DNA from: Candidatus Omnitrophota bacterium
GTDB lineage: Bacteria > Omnitrophota > Gorgyraeia > Aquiviventales > Aquiviventaceae
Length of the DNA stretch: 64,000 bases
Direction of reading: 5' to 3'
Assembly: GCA_016180575.1 (NCBI GenBank)
Contig: JACPAY010000003.1
Location: forward strand, 42,154-106,153
The stretch's first letter is position 1, and each line of letters starts with the position of its first letter. Of this stretch, positions 26,662 through 34,814 are shown piece after piece. The notes under the pieces were generated by a model. It worked only from the letters and a program-made list of their open reading frames with translations, was not told where the DNA came from and made no database searches. Both the position numbers and the translations under genes were made by a program.

Positions 26662-26772
26662 GGATCGTCGGAGGATCCCGTGATGAGCTGCGTGACGCCT
26701 GCCCGCTTTCGAGGGCGGGCATCATGGCATGGAGCGGAACCGCGATGGCGCGCCCACGATCGGGAGGCCGCC

Positions 26773-27306
26773 ATGCGGGCGCCGCGAACAGATCTCGGAT
26801 ACTGGCTCACCATCGCCGTCCTCGCGTTCCCCGCGGCCGCCTGCGCGGAATCGGACTCCAAAACGGTGCGCGTCTCCTGCACCATCCTCCCCCGGCTGGA
26901 GCTCTCGGTCACCCCGGAGACGGGCGAGTCGATCGCCTTCGGCGCCATCGAGCAGCCGGCGCCCGGCGAGACCACCGTCCGTTCGACCGCGGTGAAGCTC
27001 AACGTCTTCTCCAACATGGGACGCCCCTACCACGTGACCCAGATGGTCCGCAAGCCGCTCGCGACCCCTGAGGGGGCCGCCATCCCGGATGACCAGTTCC
27101 GCGTGCTGACCCAGGACGCCGCCCGCGGCCGGATGGGCGCGCCCCAGCCGACCCCGCTCGCTGCGGGCGTCCCCACGACCCTCTACACGTCGGATGAGCG
27201 CGGCAAAAGCGACGCCTTCTCGGCCCGGTACACACTGACCGTCACGCCCGACACCCCAGCCGGGGAGTTCGACACCGAGATCGTGTACACGGTGACCAGC
27301 CTCTAG
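26773..27306 (+). CDS. Single-domain fibre-subunit-like secreted protein (only convincing plus-strand gene)
   Basis: GGGAGG lies 6 nt before ATG 26773. Signal peptide MRAPRTDLGYWLTIAVLAFPAAACA. High GC3. Motifs NMGRPYHVTQ, LYTSDERGKSD and C-terminal AGEFDTEIVYTVTSL are shared with the triple-domain protein. Its stop overlaps the stop of the convergent gene (CTAG). Confidence 0.8.
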   Translation: MRAPRTDLGYWLTIAVLAFPAAACAESDSKTVRVSCTILPRLELSVTPETGESIAFGAIEQPAPGETTVRSTAVKLNVFSNMGRPYHVTQMVRKPLATPEGAAIPDDQFRVLTQDAARGRMGAPQPTPLAAGVPTTLYTSDERGKSDAFSARYTLTVTPDTPAGEFDTEIVYTVTSL

Positions 27307-30221
27307 CGGACCTCGGCCTCCACGTCGACCACGACCTCCTGCCTCGTCCCGTGAAGCTGCGGCGCGCGCCGCTCGCGCGGGCGCTGCAGGCCGGTGAGCG
27401 CCTCCTCCATGGCGGCCGCGCGCGCTGCCCGCCGCCGGCGCTCGCGCAAGACGTCGGCCACCACGTCCTGCATCAACACATCCCGCTCACCGAAGCGAAA
27501 ATCGATCGCGTCAAGCCCGGTCGGCTGCGGCGGCAGGTCCGCCTGCTGGACCGTCGCGCCGAGCGGCAGGTATCCCTCGAGCGGCGCCCCGCAGTTCACC
27601 GCCACCCGATGCCGCCCCCCCGCGACCCCCTTGAACAGGTACCGCCCATCCTCCTGAGTCGTGACGCGAAGCCGGTCGTCCAAACAGACCGGGACGTCCG
27701 GCAGCGCCGGCTCGCCATCGTATCGGCCGTCGCGGTTCGCATCGACGTAGACCCGCCCGCCGATGGACCGGTCGGCCAGGATGGGAAAGCCCGCCTCGGC
27801 CGTTTCCCCCTCCGCCAGCCTCCGCTCCTGCGAAAGCGGCGTGGCGGGCACGTAGCCGACGGCCAGATCCCCGAGCTGGAGGGTGGCGACGTGGGTCCCG
27901 GCCTCCAGCCCGCGAAAGGCGGCCCAGCCGGCTGAATCGGTCACGGCGGCCTTCCCATCCCGGAGCGCGACCCTCACGCCGGCCAGCGGGGCGTCGGCGG
28001 CATCGTAGGAGCCGTCATCGTTCACATCGATGAACACGCGGATGCGCAGCTCGGCCTGGGCGGCGAGCCCGAACCCCAAGGGCATCGGCGGCGGGTCGGC
28101 GACCTCGAGCACAAGCGAGCTGGGCGACGTGGGGACATAGCCCGGCGGGACGCTCGCGAGGTCCACGACGATCTCCAGGCGGTCCCCGCGCAGCCGGCCG
28201 AGGGAGAACCAGCCTGCGGCATCCGTCACCGTCTCGCGGTCCGGCCCTGCGCGCACCGTGACCCGCGGCAGGCCAGGCTCACCGTCCTGCGGCCGGCCGT
28301 CGCGGTTCGCGTCATGGTAGACCTGGCCGAAGATCCGCGCGCTGGGCTGCCAGGTGATGCCGGTATCGAACAGATATCGGACGCCGGTCGCGAGGTCCAC
28401 CTCGTATTCGCGGTCGGCGGGCCGCTGCCGCCTCAGGACTCGCGAGTCGACAAAGAGATAGCAATCCGGCGAAACGTCGTAGCGCAACCCCGCGTCCCAC
28501 GTCAGACGGTCCTCATCGGCCAGAAAGCTGCTCGGCGAGGTGGCCTCGGCGGTGAACGACGCGCTGAGGCCGCTGCGCAGGCTCAACGGGATCGTCTTCA
28601 GCCGGTGGAAATAGTTGAGGCTGGCCGTGGTCTCCCTCGGCGTGCTGACGGCGCCGGAGAGCTCTTCCTCCACCCGCGTCCATTGCTGGGCCACCTGCCA
28701 GGAGAGCTGCTCGGTCAGCGGGGCCCCCAGCCCCACCCGCACGGTGTGGCTGTCGAAATCCGAGCTCGGCGCGCTGACGCTGCGCAGGTCGCGGAACTGG
28801 TACTCCCCGAACACCGTCCCCTGCCCCACCAGGGGCATCGCGCCGAGCCGCTGCCGCAGGCTGGTGAGGAAGTGGGTCGTGTCGGAAGGAAACAGCCGGC
28901 CGAGGAGCTTCTGCCGGCCGTAGGTGGAGCTCCAGAGCGTCTTCTCGGTGAGGTCAAGGTCCGTCCCCAGCTCCCAATCCAGGTTCAGCGCGTCCGGCTC
29001 CTCGGGGTTATGGAACAGGGTGTCCCGATAGATGTCGGCCCGCTGGCGCCACCGCCAGGTCCGGAGCGGGTCAAAGCGAGAGATGAGCAGGACCCCGCGC
29101 TCGCCCTGGTCGGCCGAACGGCCCAGGAGGTTCTCGTAGCGCTGCGAGAGGTTCCGGTAGGCGGCGTCGACCGACAGCGTCCGGCGCCTCAGGAGCGACC
29201 GCAGCCGGTAGCCGTGCGCCTCCTCCTGGTTCCGGCCGACCTCCGCCCCGACGCCGAAGTCCGCGTCCGGCCAATACCAGAGATTGGCCTCCGCCGCCTG
29301 GCTGGTCTGGATGTCAACCCGATCCTCCCCCGAGGCGGCGCCGTAGGCCAGCCCCCACGTCCACGGGCGCTCCAGGTCCAGCAGCCGCGCCCCGGAGAGG
29401 AAGACGTCGTCCTCCACGTCGGCCAGCGTGGAGAGGCCGGTCGCGAAGCCGAAGCGCCGGCGGCCGTGGAAGACCTCGGCGGTGTAGGGTGCGACCGCGT
29501 AGTAGCGGAACAGGCTGCCCCGGATCGTGCTCTGCGGCAGCGTCAGGTCCGACGCGCCGGCGGTGGTGTCGCCGACGACCGCATCGAACCGCTCGAGCGG
29601 ACCGACGTCGCCGTCGGTCACGGCCGCGTACCAGGACGCGAGCTCCTGGCTGCTGTTGATGCGCTGGAATGCGGCCTGCCCGCTCAGCTCGCCGATGGGC
29701 GCCTCCATGTGGCCGAACAGCGTATGGTCGAACTGGGTCGTGGTGTGGAGGTCCGTCTCATCGAGCGCAGGACCCCGGCGCAGCGTCCGGAAGCGGTTGC
29801 GGTACTCGAACGTCAGGTGCCTGGCCCGTTCATGCGCCGCCCGCTGCTGCTCCGGAAGCGTGGGCCGCTCGATCAGGGGCTGGACGACCTGGAGGGTCCG
29901 GGTCAGGCGGCCCTCCGCCGTCCACACGTGGAGGAACGTCCGGCCGAATGACGCTGCCGACAGCTCCACGACGCCGGGCGACGCCAGCCGGGCCTCGACG
30001 ATGCCGGGCTGCACCGAGAGGACCCGGGTTGCGCCGGGGATCTGGACGGCCACGGTCTGCTGATACGGCACCTCGAGGACGGCCGCGTCAGGGACGAGGC
30101 GGATGGCGGCTGGCGGGGCGGGCGGGAGCGGCGCCGGGGCGTGCTGGGCGAACACGGGAGAAAGGCGCGGCGGGCCGGCGGCGACCAGGAGACAGGCGAG
30201 GGGCCATCGCCACGGGCGCAT
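27303..30221 (-). CDS. Large outer-membrane protein: CpaC-type N-terminal beta-sandwich + predicted beta-barrel + three SdrD-B/Cna-B-like repeats (usher position, non-usher sequence)
   Basis: Signal peptide MRPWRWPLACLLVAAGPPRLSPVFA. N-domain LVPDAAVLEVPYQQTVAVQIPGATRVLSVQPGIVEARLASPGVVELSAASFGRTFLHVWT. About 560 aa are aromatic-rich with an alternating pattern. Three repeats of the type GQVYHDANRDGRPQDGEPGLPRVTV...TDAAGWFSLGRL. Confidence 0.75.
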   Translation of the reverse strand: MRPWRWPLACLLVAAGPPRLSPVFAQHAPAPLPPAPPAAIRLVPDAAVLEVPYQQTVAVQIPGATRVLSVQPGIVEARLASPGVVELSAASFGRTFLHVWTAEGRLTRTLQVVQPLIERPTLPEQQRAAHERARHLTFEYRNRFRTLRRGPALDETDLHTTTQFDHTLFGHMEAPIGELSGQAAFQRINSSQELASWYAAVTDGDVGPLERFDAVVGDTTAGASDLTLPQSTIRGSLFRYYAVAPYTAEVFHGRRRFGFATGLSTLADVEDDVFLSGARLLDLERPWTWGLAYGAASGEDRVDIQTSQAAEANLWYWPDADFGVGAEVGRNQEEAHGYRLRSLLRRRTLSVDAAYRNLSQRYENLLGRSADQGERGVLLISRFDPLRTWRWRQRADIYRDTLFHNPEEPDALNLDWELGTDLDLTEKTLWSSTYGRQKLLGRLFPSDTTHFLTSLRQRLGAMPLVGQGTVFGEYQFRDLRSVSAPSSDFDSHTVRVGLGAPLTEQLSWQVAQQWTRVEEELSGAVSTPRETTASLNYFHRLKTIPLSLRSGLSASFTAEATSPSSFLADEDRLTWDAGLRYDVSPDCYLFVDSRVLRRQRPADREYEVDLATGVRYLFDTGITWQPSARIFGQVYHDANRDGRPQDGEPGLPRVTVRAGPDRETVTDAAGWFSLGRLRGDRLEIVVDLASVPPGYVPTSPSSLVLEVADPPPMPLGFGLAAQAELRIRVFIDVNDDGSYDAADAPLAGVRVALRDGKAAVTDSAGWAAFRGLEAGTHVATLQLGDLAVGYVPATPLSQERRLAEGETAEAGFPILADRSIGGRVYVDANRDGRYDGEPALPDVPVCLDDRLRVTTQEDGRYLFKGVAGGRHRVAVNCGAPLEGYLPLGATVQQADLPPQPTGLDAIDFRFGERDVLMQDVVADVLRERRRRAARAAAMEEALTGLQRPRERRAPQLHGTRQEVVVDVEAEVR

Positions 30222-31339
30222 CAGCGGCTCACGTCACAGGGCACCTTCCGATCCGCCGTCAGGCCCTCAGCGGTCAAATGGACATGGCACTCATAGGTCC
30301 CGGCCGCGAGAGGGTCCAGGCCCCTCAGCGCAATCGGGCGGCGCTCATCGGGCGAGAGCGTGGCCGCGGCCATGCGCCCGGCCCCCTCCGCGCCCGACGC
30401 GCCACGGACGACCACGGTCCCTTCGAAGGTGGTCTGCACGTTCCCCGCGTTGTGCACCGTGACCTCGGCGGACGAGCCGCCGGGCGCCTGCAGCCGCACG
30501 GACTCGATGACCAGCTCCCGCGCGACGCGCAGCGGCTCTTCGGCGACCAGGACGTCGTCGGCTCCGAGGTCGACCGTCACGAGGAGCGTGTAGTCGCCGA
30601 CGGGCAACCGCCCGGTCCACTCGGTCGCGGTGGAGCCGGAGCGCCCGGGGAACGTGTAGAGGGGATTGAACTCGCCCCGGCCGAAATAGCGCCCGGTCCG
30701 GTCCACGATGTTGAAGTAGGCCTTCGGCCGGAGGACGACGTTCCCGGTGTTCACAAACGAATAGCCGAGCGCCAGGGGCCGGTCATCGTCCGGCCGGCCG
30801 ACCGTGACCTCCCGAAGCTCCCCTGTCCGCTCCACGGTGCCGGCGACCTCGATCTCGAACAGCGATCCCAGCCGGCCGGTGTACTGGACGACCACCCCTT
30901 GCTCATCGGGGGGGCTTGCCCCGACGGCCGATTCGAAGAACAGGACGGCGTAGCGGCCGCCGGAAGCATCCATGGGCACGCGGACGGTGTATTCCACTGT
31001 GCCCTTCCCGCGCCCCGGCAGCTCGAGCCGGCTCGGGTAATAGCTGATCCAGCTCGATGCGGACCAGGGGCTGGAGCCAGGGGAGGAGAACTGCTTCTCG
31101 CCGTTGCCGCCCTCCAGGTATTCCCAGTCCTGGAGATAGACCTCAAGCTGCACCGGCTCGTCGCCCTGGTTCTCCACCTCGATGGCGCCGGTGACCGCCT
31201 GCCCGCGCGCGACGGTTTCCTGGACGACTGGGCGGTTGATCCGGGTCTGAAACGCTTCGGCAATCGGCGGGACCGCCGTCAGAAGCCATCCGGCGGCAAG
31301 GAGCGAGGCGGTGGCGCTCCCAACGCTCACTGGACGCAT
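30221..31339 (-). CDS. Periplasmic two-domain Ig-fold protein in chaperone position (PapD-like in architecture only)
   Basis: Signal peptide MRPVSVGSATASLLAAGWLLTAVPPIAEA. It has two beta-sandwich-like halves: GAIEVENQGDEPVQLEVYLQDWEY...LELPGRGKGTVEYTVRVP and GYSFVNTGNVVLRPKAYFNIVD. ATGA overlap with the downstream OM protein. Confidence 0.6.
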   Translation of the reverse strand: MRPVSVGSATASLLAAGWLLTAVPPIAEAFQTRINRPVVQETVARGQAVTGAIEVENQGDEPVQLEVYLQDWEYLEGGNGEKQFSSPGSSPWSASSWISYYPSRLELPGRGKGTVEYTVRVPMDASGGRYAVLFFESAVGASPPDEQGVVVQYTGRLGSLFEIEVAGTVERTGELREVTVGRPDDDRPLALGYSFVNTGNVVLRPKAYFNIVDRTGRYFGRGEFNPLYTFPGRSGSTATEWTGRLPVGDYTLLVTVDLGADDVLVAEEPLRVARELVIESVRLQAPGGSSAEVTVHNAGNVQTTFEGTVVVRGASGAEGAGRMAAATLSPDERRPIALRGLDPLAAGTYECHVHLTAEGLTADRKVPCDVSR

Positions 31340-31382
31340 GGATGCCCTGAACCCCTGAGCCGGCAGCCGCGGCGGTGGCGCG

Positions 31383-32045
31383 TTAGAGGACGGTCGCCGT
31401 GAACGTGATGGTCGTCGAGTAGTTCCCGGCCGGCTGGTCCAGCGGGATGGCTTCGGTGGCGCCCAGGGCCGGATCGTCGGTGATGCCGTACGTCGCCGCC
31501 ATCGTGTTGCTCTGGCCGCCGCTGCTGCTGAAGAGCACCTTGTTGGTCGCGACGGCGCTGCCGCGGCTCCCGACCGAGGTCCCGGGCGGCAGCGGCTTCG
31601 AGGGATCTCCTCCGACCCCGGTGAGCGGAGTCACGATGAAGGCGCCGTTCGGGATCGTGCTCCCCCCGGCGCGGAGCGGCGTCGCGGTCTGCTTGATGGT
31701 GAACGGCCGCCCCTGGGCGTTGAGGCCGAAGAACACCTGGTACGCCTTCGTCGAGTTCAGCGCCCTGGGCTGCGGACCAATCGGCCCCGGACCGTCCGGA
31801 TCAAACGTGCCGTTGCTCGCCAGGATCCCGAACTCCATCGAGGTGACTACCGGGCCGATGGTGGTGCCGCCCCCGGCCGCTGGGATCAGCTCCGTGATCG
31901 TCACCGAAAAGGCGAGGTTGGCCTCCACCTGCGCGGACACCGGCACCACCGGGCCCGCGATGTCGACGGCCCACACGGGCCCTGCGGCCAGCGCCGATGC
32001 GAGCAGCGCTGCCACGCCATCGCGCACATGAGCCAGCTTGTTCAT
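31383..32045 (-). CDS. Fibre-subunit-like secreted protein (first gene of the cluster)
   Basis: GGAGG lies 6 nt before ATG 32045. Signal peptide MNKLAHVRDGVAALLASALAAGPVWA. Gly/Thr/Pro-rich beta protein ending in AGNYSTTITFTATVL, the same terminal motif as the other subunit-like domains. Confidence 0.75.
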   Translation of the reverse strand: MNKLAHVRDGVAALLASALAAGPVWAVDIAGPVVPVSAQVEANLAFSVTITELIPAAGGGTTIGPVVTSMEFGILASNGTFDPDGPGPIGPQPRALNSTKAYQVFFGLNAQGRPFTIKQTATPLRAGGSTIPNGAFIVTPLTGVGGDPSKPLPPGTSVGSRGSAVATNKVLFSSSGGQSNTMAATYGITDDPALGATEAIPLDQPAGNYSTTITFTATVL

Positions 32046-32091
32046 CGCGCACCTCCATGGGTTTCAGCAACAAAAACGCCGGGCCGCCTTT

Positions 32092-32204
32092 CGGCAGTCC
32101 GGCTATCCTCTCCGGTATCAGATACCGAACTCGCCCCGGTATCTGATACCGGAAAGCATCCGCGACTTTGCGTCCTCACCTCACGGTGAGTTTGCCCTTT
32201 CGAA
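32092..32204 (-). promoter_or_regulatory. Conserved leader/operator module, copy upstream of the first fibre gene
   Basis: Minus strand: TTCGAAAGGGCAAACT (32204..32189), CGCAAAGTCGCG (32172..32161), palindrome pair (32152..32136, 32127..32112), CTGCCG (32097..32092). Confidence 0.6.
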
Positions 32205-32247
32205 GGTCACTAACATCAAACTTTTTAAATTTACTTCTATACCTAAT

Positions 32248-32276
32248 AGCTTAAAAAGAGCGCCGTGTTTTGTCAA
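32248..32276 (-). promoter_or_regulatory. Candidate promoter for the fibre operon (TTGACA-17-TAAGCT) in an AT-rich island
   Basis: Minus strand: TTGACA (32276..32271), a 17-nt spacer, TAAGCT (32253..32248). The surrounding ~80 bp are conspicuously AT-rich for this sequence. The -10 hexamer is weak. Confidence 0.3.
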
Positions 32277-32282
32277 GCCAAA

Positions 32283-34796
32283 TTATGCGCGGGCGCGCTC
32301 CCTTGCCCCACGCTGGTTTGACGCCGGCGCGGCGCTCGGCCGCTCAAGAACGGCACGGACACGATGCGTCTTGCCGTCCCGATGCGGCCGGATCAGGTTG
32401 CCTGAGATCCGGCGGCCGTCGACCGTCAGCTCGACCCTGCCTTTCTCCAGCCCGTGCGGATTGAGGATCTCGATGTCGTAGGTCGCCCCCCGGAACGGCC
32501 GGACCACCCGGCAGCGCCGCCAGTGCCTCGGCAGGCACGGATCGACGCGCAGCCCCTCGTAGTCCCGCCGCGCGCCGAGCACCCACTCCGTCCCGGCCAG
32601 GAACGTCCAGCCGGCCGTCCCGGTGATCCAGGTGAACGCCCCCTCGCCGTACCGGTACGGGTTCTCGGGGCCGACGAGGTACTCCGCGTACGCGTAGGGC
32701 TCGGTCTTGTACAGGTCGTAATCCGCCTGGGCGTTTGGCATGATGGCCTTCAGGTGCTCATAGCCCTTCGTCCCGCGGCCGTGCATGAGCTCGGCGACGG
32801 CCATGAACGTCGTCGCGTGGCAGAAGACCGCTGCGTTCTCCTTGGTCCCCTCGGAGAACATGCTGATGCGGCCCAGCGTGGCCTCCCACGCGGAATAGGC
32901 GGGGGAAAAGAGCGCAAGGCCGTGCGGCCCATTCAGGTGCTTGTCGACGCTCGCGAACACCTGCCGCTTCTGCTCAGGGGCCGCCAGGTCCGCCAGGAGG
33001 GCCCAGGACTGGGTGTTGAGGAAGATCCTGCCTTCCCGGTTCACGCGGGAGCCGTAGATCGTGCCGTCGTCCGTCCAGCCGCGCGCGTACCAGGCGCCGT
33101 CCCAGGCGAGCCGATTGACGCGCTCGCTCATGGTGTCCGCGCGCCGCAGGAGCTCCTGGGCCTTCTCGCCTTCCCCGATGAGCCGGGCGAGCTCCGCGAG
33201 GATCTTGAGGCTGCGCACCAGCGCCTGCGCAAGCCACACGCTCTCGCCGCGCAGCTTGATCCCGGCGGCGTCGATGGCGTCGTTCCAATCCGCGTGGCCG
33301 ATCAGCGGCAGCCCCCGCTCGCCCACGTCATGGAAGGTGAAGTCGAGGTTGCGCCACAGGTGCTCGAAGAGGGTCCCCTCCCCGTCCGTCGTCGGGCCGC
33401 CCCGGTGCTTGGGGTCGATCTCCCATCCGCGGATCCAGCGGTCCTTCAGGTACGGCAGCCGCGCCTTGAGGAGATCGGCGTCCCCCGTTTCCTTGATGTA
33501 GGCGGCGACGGTCACCGTCAGCCAGACGGGGTGGTCCTTGTTCGGCCGGTGCCCGGCGGGCCCCGTCGTGTCGGACCAGCCCGGGGCGCTGGTGCCGTCC
33601 TTGCGGATGAGGGCGGCGATCGTCAGGAGCTTCTGCTTGGCGTGCGCCGTGTCGATGGACATGATCCCTTCCGCATCCTGGCAGGAGTCGCGGTAGCCGC
33701 GGCCGCCGGAGCCTTCGTGGTAATACGACGGCGACCGGGACCAGAAGTTGCAGATGGTGAGCTGGTACTTCACCCACACGTTCATGATCTGGTCGAACGC
33801 GCGGTCCGGCGTCTCGACGCGGATGTTGTCCAGGATGCGGGAGCGCCAGGCCCGCTGGGTGCGCGCCAGCGCCTGCCGGGCGGCGGGCACCCGCCGGTAG
33901 CGCTGGATGAGCCGCGGGACGTCCCGGGGCTCCGCCTGCCCCAGCACGACGCTGAAGGTCACCGACTGCCGGGGCTTGAGCGTGAGCCGGTGCCGGAAGA
34001 CCCCGATGCCGTCCTCCCCGGAGCAGAAGGGCGCGTTCCGGAAGGAGCCGCTCGTCAGCATCTCCGGGCGCTCTTCGGTGTTGTACCGGCCGAGGAAGAG
34101 GTCTTTGATGGTGGCGTAGCCGGCCACCGGCAGGCTGGAGGCGAAGAACGCCTGGTAGGCGAAGGGCTGGATGTTCAGGTCGCCCCACGCCGCGGTCTTC
34201 TTGGCGAGGATCGCCTGGAGCTTGGGCTCCCACCAGATGCGGTTGTAGAGGTTCATGATGTTGCGGTAGCGCAGCTCGAGGTGGTAGTCCCCCAGCAGCC
34301 ACTCGACGTAGGGGAAGACCTCAAGCGTGCGCGTGCGGGCCGTGCGATTGGTCAGGGTGAAGAGCCACACCTCGCAGGGATCGTCCACCGGCACGAAATA
34401 CGTGGACGCGCACTCAAGGCCGCGCGTGCGCGTCTCGATGGTGGTGTAGCCGAGGCCGTGGCGCGCCTCGAACCGCTCAGGCGCCCGCCGCACCGGCTGG
34501 TACGCGGCGCTCCACAGCTCCGCGCCCTCCTTGATATAGAGGTAGCGCCCGGGCCGGTCGAAGTGCCAGCCCTCCGGCGCCCATCGCGTGAGGCGGTCGG
34601 TGCGGCAGTCCTGATAGAAACTGTAGCCGCCGGCGCACTGCGAGATGATGGCGCAGTAGCGCTCGTTCGTGAGGTAGTTGATCCACGGCCGCGGCGTGTC
34701 GGGCCGGGTGATGACGAACTCCGTGTCGCCGGCCGCGAAATGGCCGTACCGCGAGAGCGGGGTGCCTCGAGTGGCGGTTCGACGTGCCCGTGGCAT
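32283..34796 (-). CDS. GH94-family glycan phosphorylase (cellobiose/chitobiose/beta-glucan phosphorylase type)
   Basis: N-terminus GHFAAGDTEFVITRPDTPRPWINYLTNERYCAIISQCAGGYSFYQDCRTDRLTRW closely follows the conserved cellobiose-phosphorylase N-terminal pattern (YxITxPxTPxPWINYLG...AGGYSFY). The 837-aa length is typical. Confidence 0.9.
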   Translation of the reverse strand: MPRARRTATRGTPLSRYGHFAAGDTEFVITRPDTPRPWINYLTNERYCAIISQCAGGYSFYQDCRTDRLTRWAPEGWHFDRPGRYLYIKEGAELWSAAYQPVRRAPERFEARHGLGYTTIETRTRGLECASTYFVPVDDPCEVWLFTLTNRTARTRTLEVFPYVEWLLGDYHLELRYRNIMNLYNRIWWEPKLQAILAKKTAAWGDLNIQPFAYQAFFASSLPVAGYATIKDLFLGRYNTEERPEMLTSGSFRNAPFCSGEDGIGVFRHRLTLKPRQSVTFSVVLGQAEPRDVPRLIQRYRRVPAARQALARTQRAWRSRILDNIRVETPDRAFDQIMNVWVKYQLTICNFWSRSPSYYHEGSGGRGYRDSCQDAEGIMSIDTAHAKQKLLTIAALIRKDGTSAPGWSDTTGPAGHRPNKDHPVWLTVTVAAYIKETGDADLLKARLPYLKDRWIRGWEIDPKHRGGPTTDGEGTLFEHLWRNLDFTFHDVGERGLPLIGHADWNDAIDAAGIKLRGESVWLAQALVRSLKILAELARLIGEGEKAQELLRRADTMSERVNRLAWDGAWYARGWTDDGTIYGSRVNREGRIFLNTQSWALLADLAAPEQKRQVFASVDKHLNGPHGLALFSPAYSAWEATLGRISMFSEGTKENAAVFCHATTFMAVAELMHGRGTKGYEHLKAIMPNAQADYDLYKTEPYAYAEYLVGPENPYRYGEGAFTWITGTAGWTFLAGTEWVLGARRDYEGLRVDPCLPRHWRRCRVVRPFRGATYDIEILNPHGLEKGRVELTVDGRRISGNLIRPHRDGKTHRVRAVLERPSAAPASNQRGARERARA

Positions 34797-34814
34797 CTCT
34801 CCTCTGCTTCCCTC

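Noticed and set aside
25170-27017. N-terminal extensions of track ORFs (25170..27017, 3584..4450, 13226..14392, 13762..15111, 39882..41039, 21844..23019, 1361..2728, 22949..23941)
   Set aside because: The extensions overlap upstream genes or intergenic repeats and are low-complexity. Internal ATG or TTG starts give canonical N-termini (signal peptides, a P-loop, prepilin motifs) and often ATGA-type coupling with the upstream stop.
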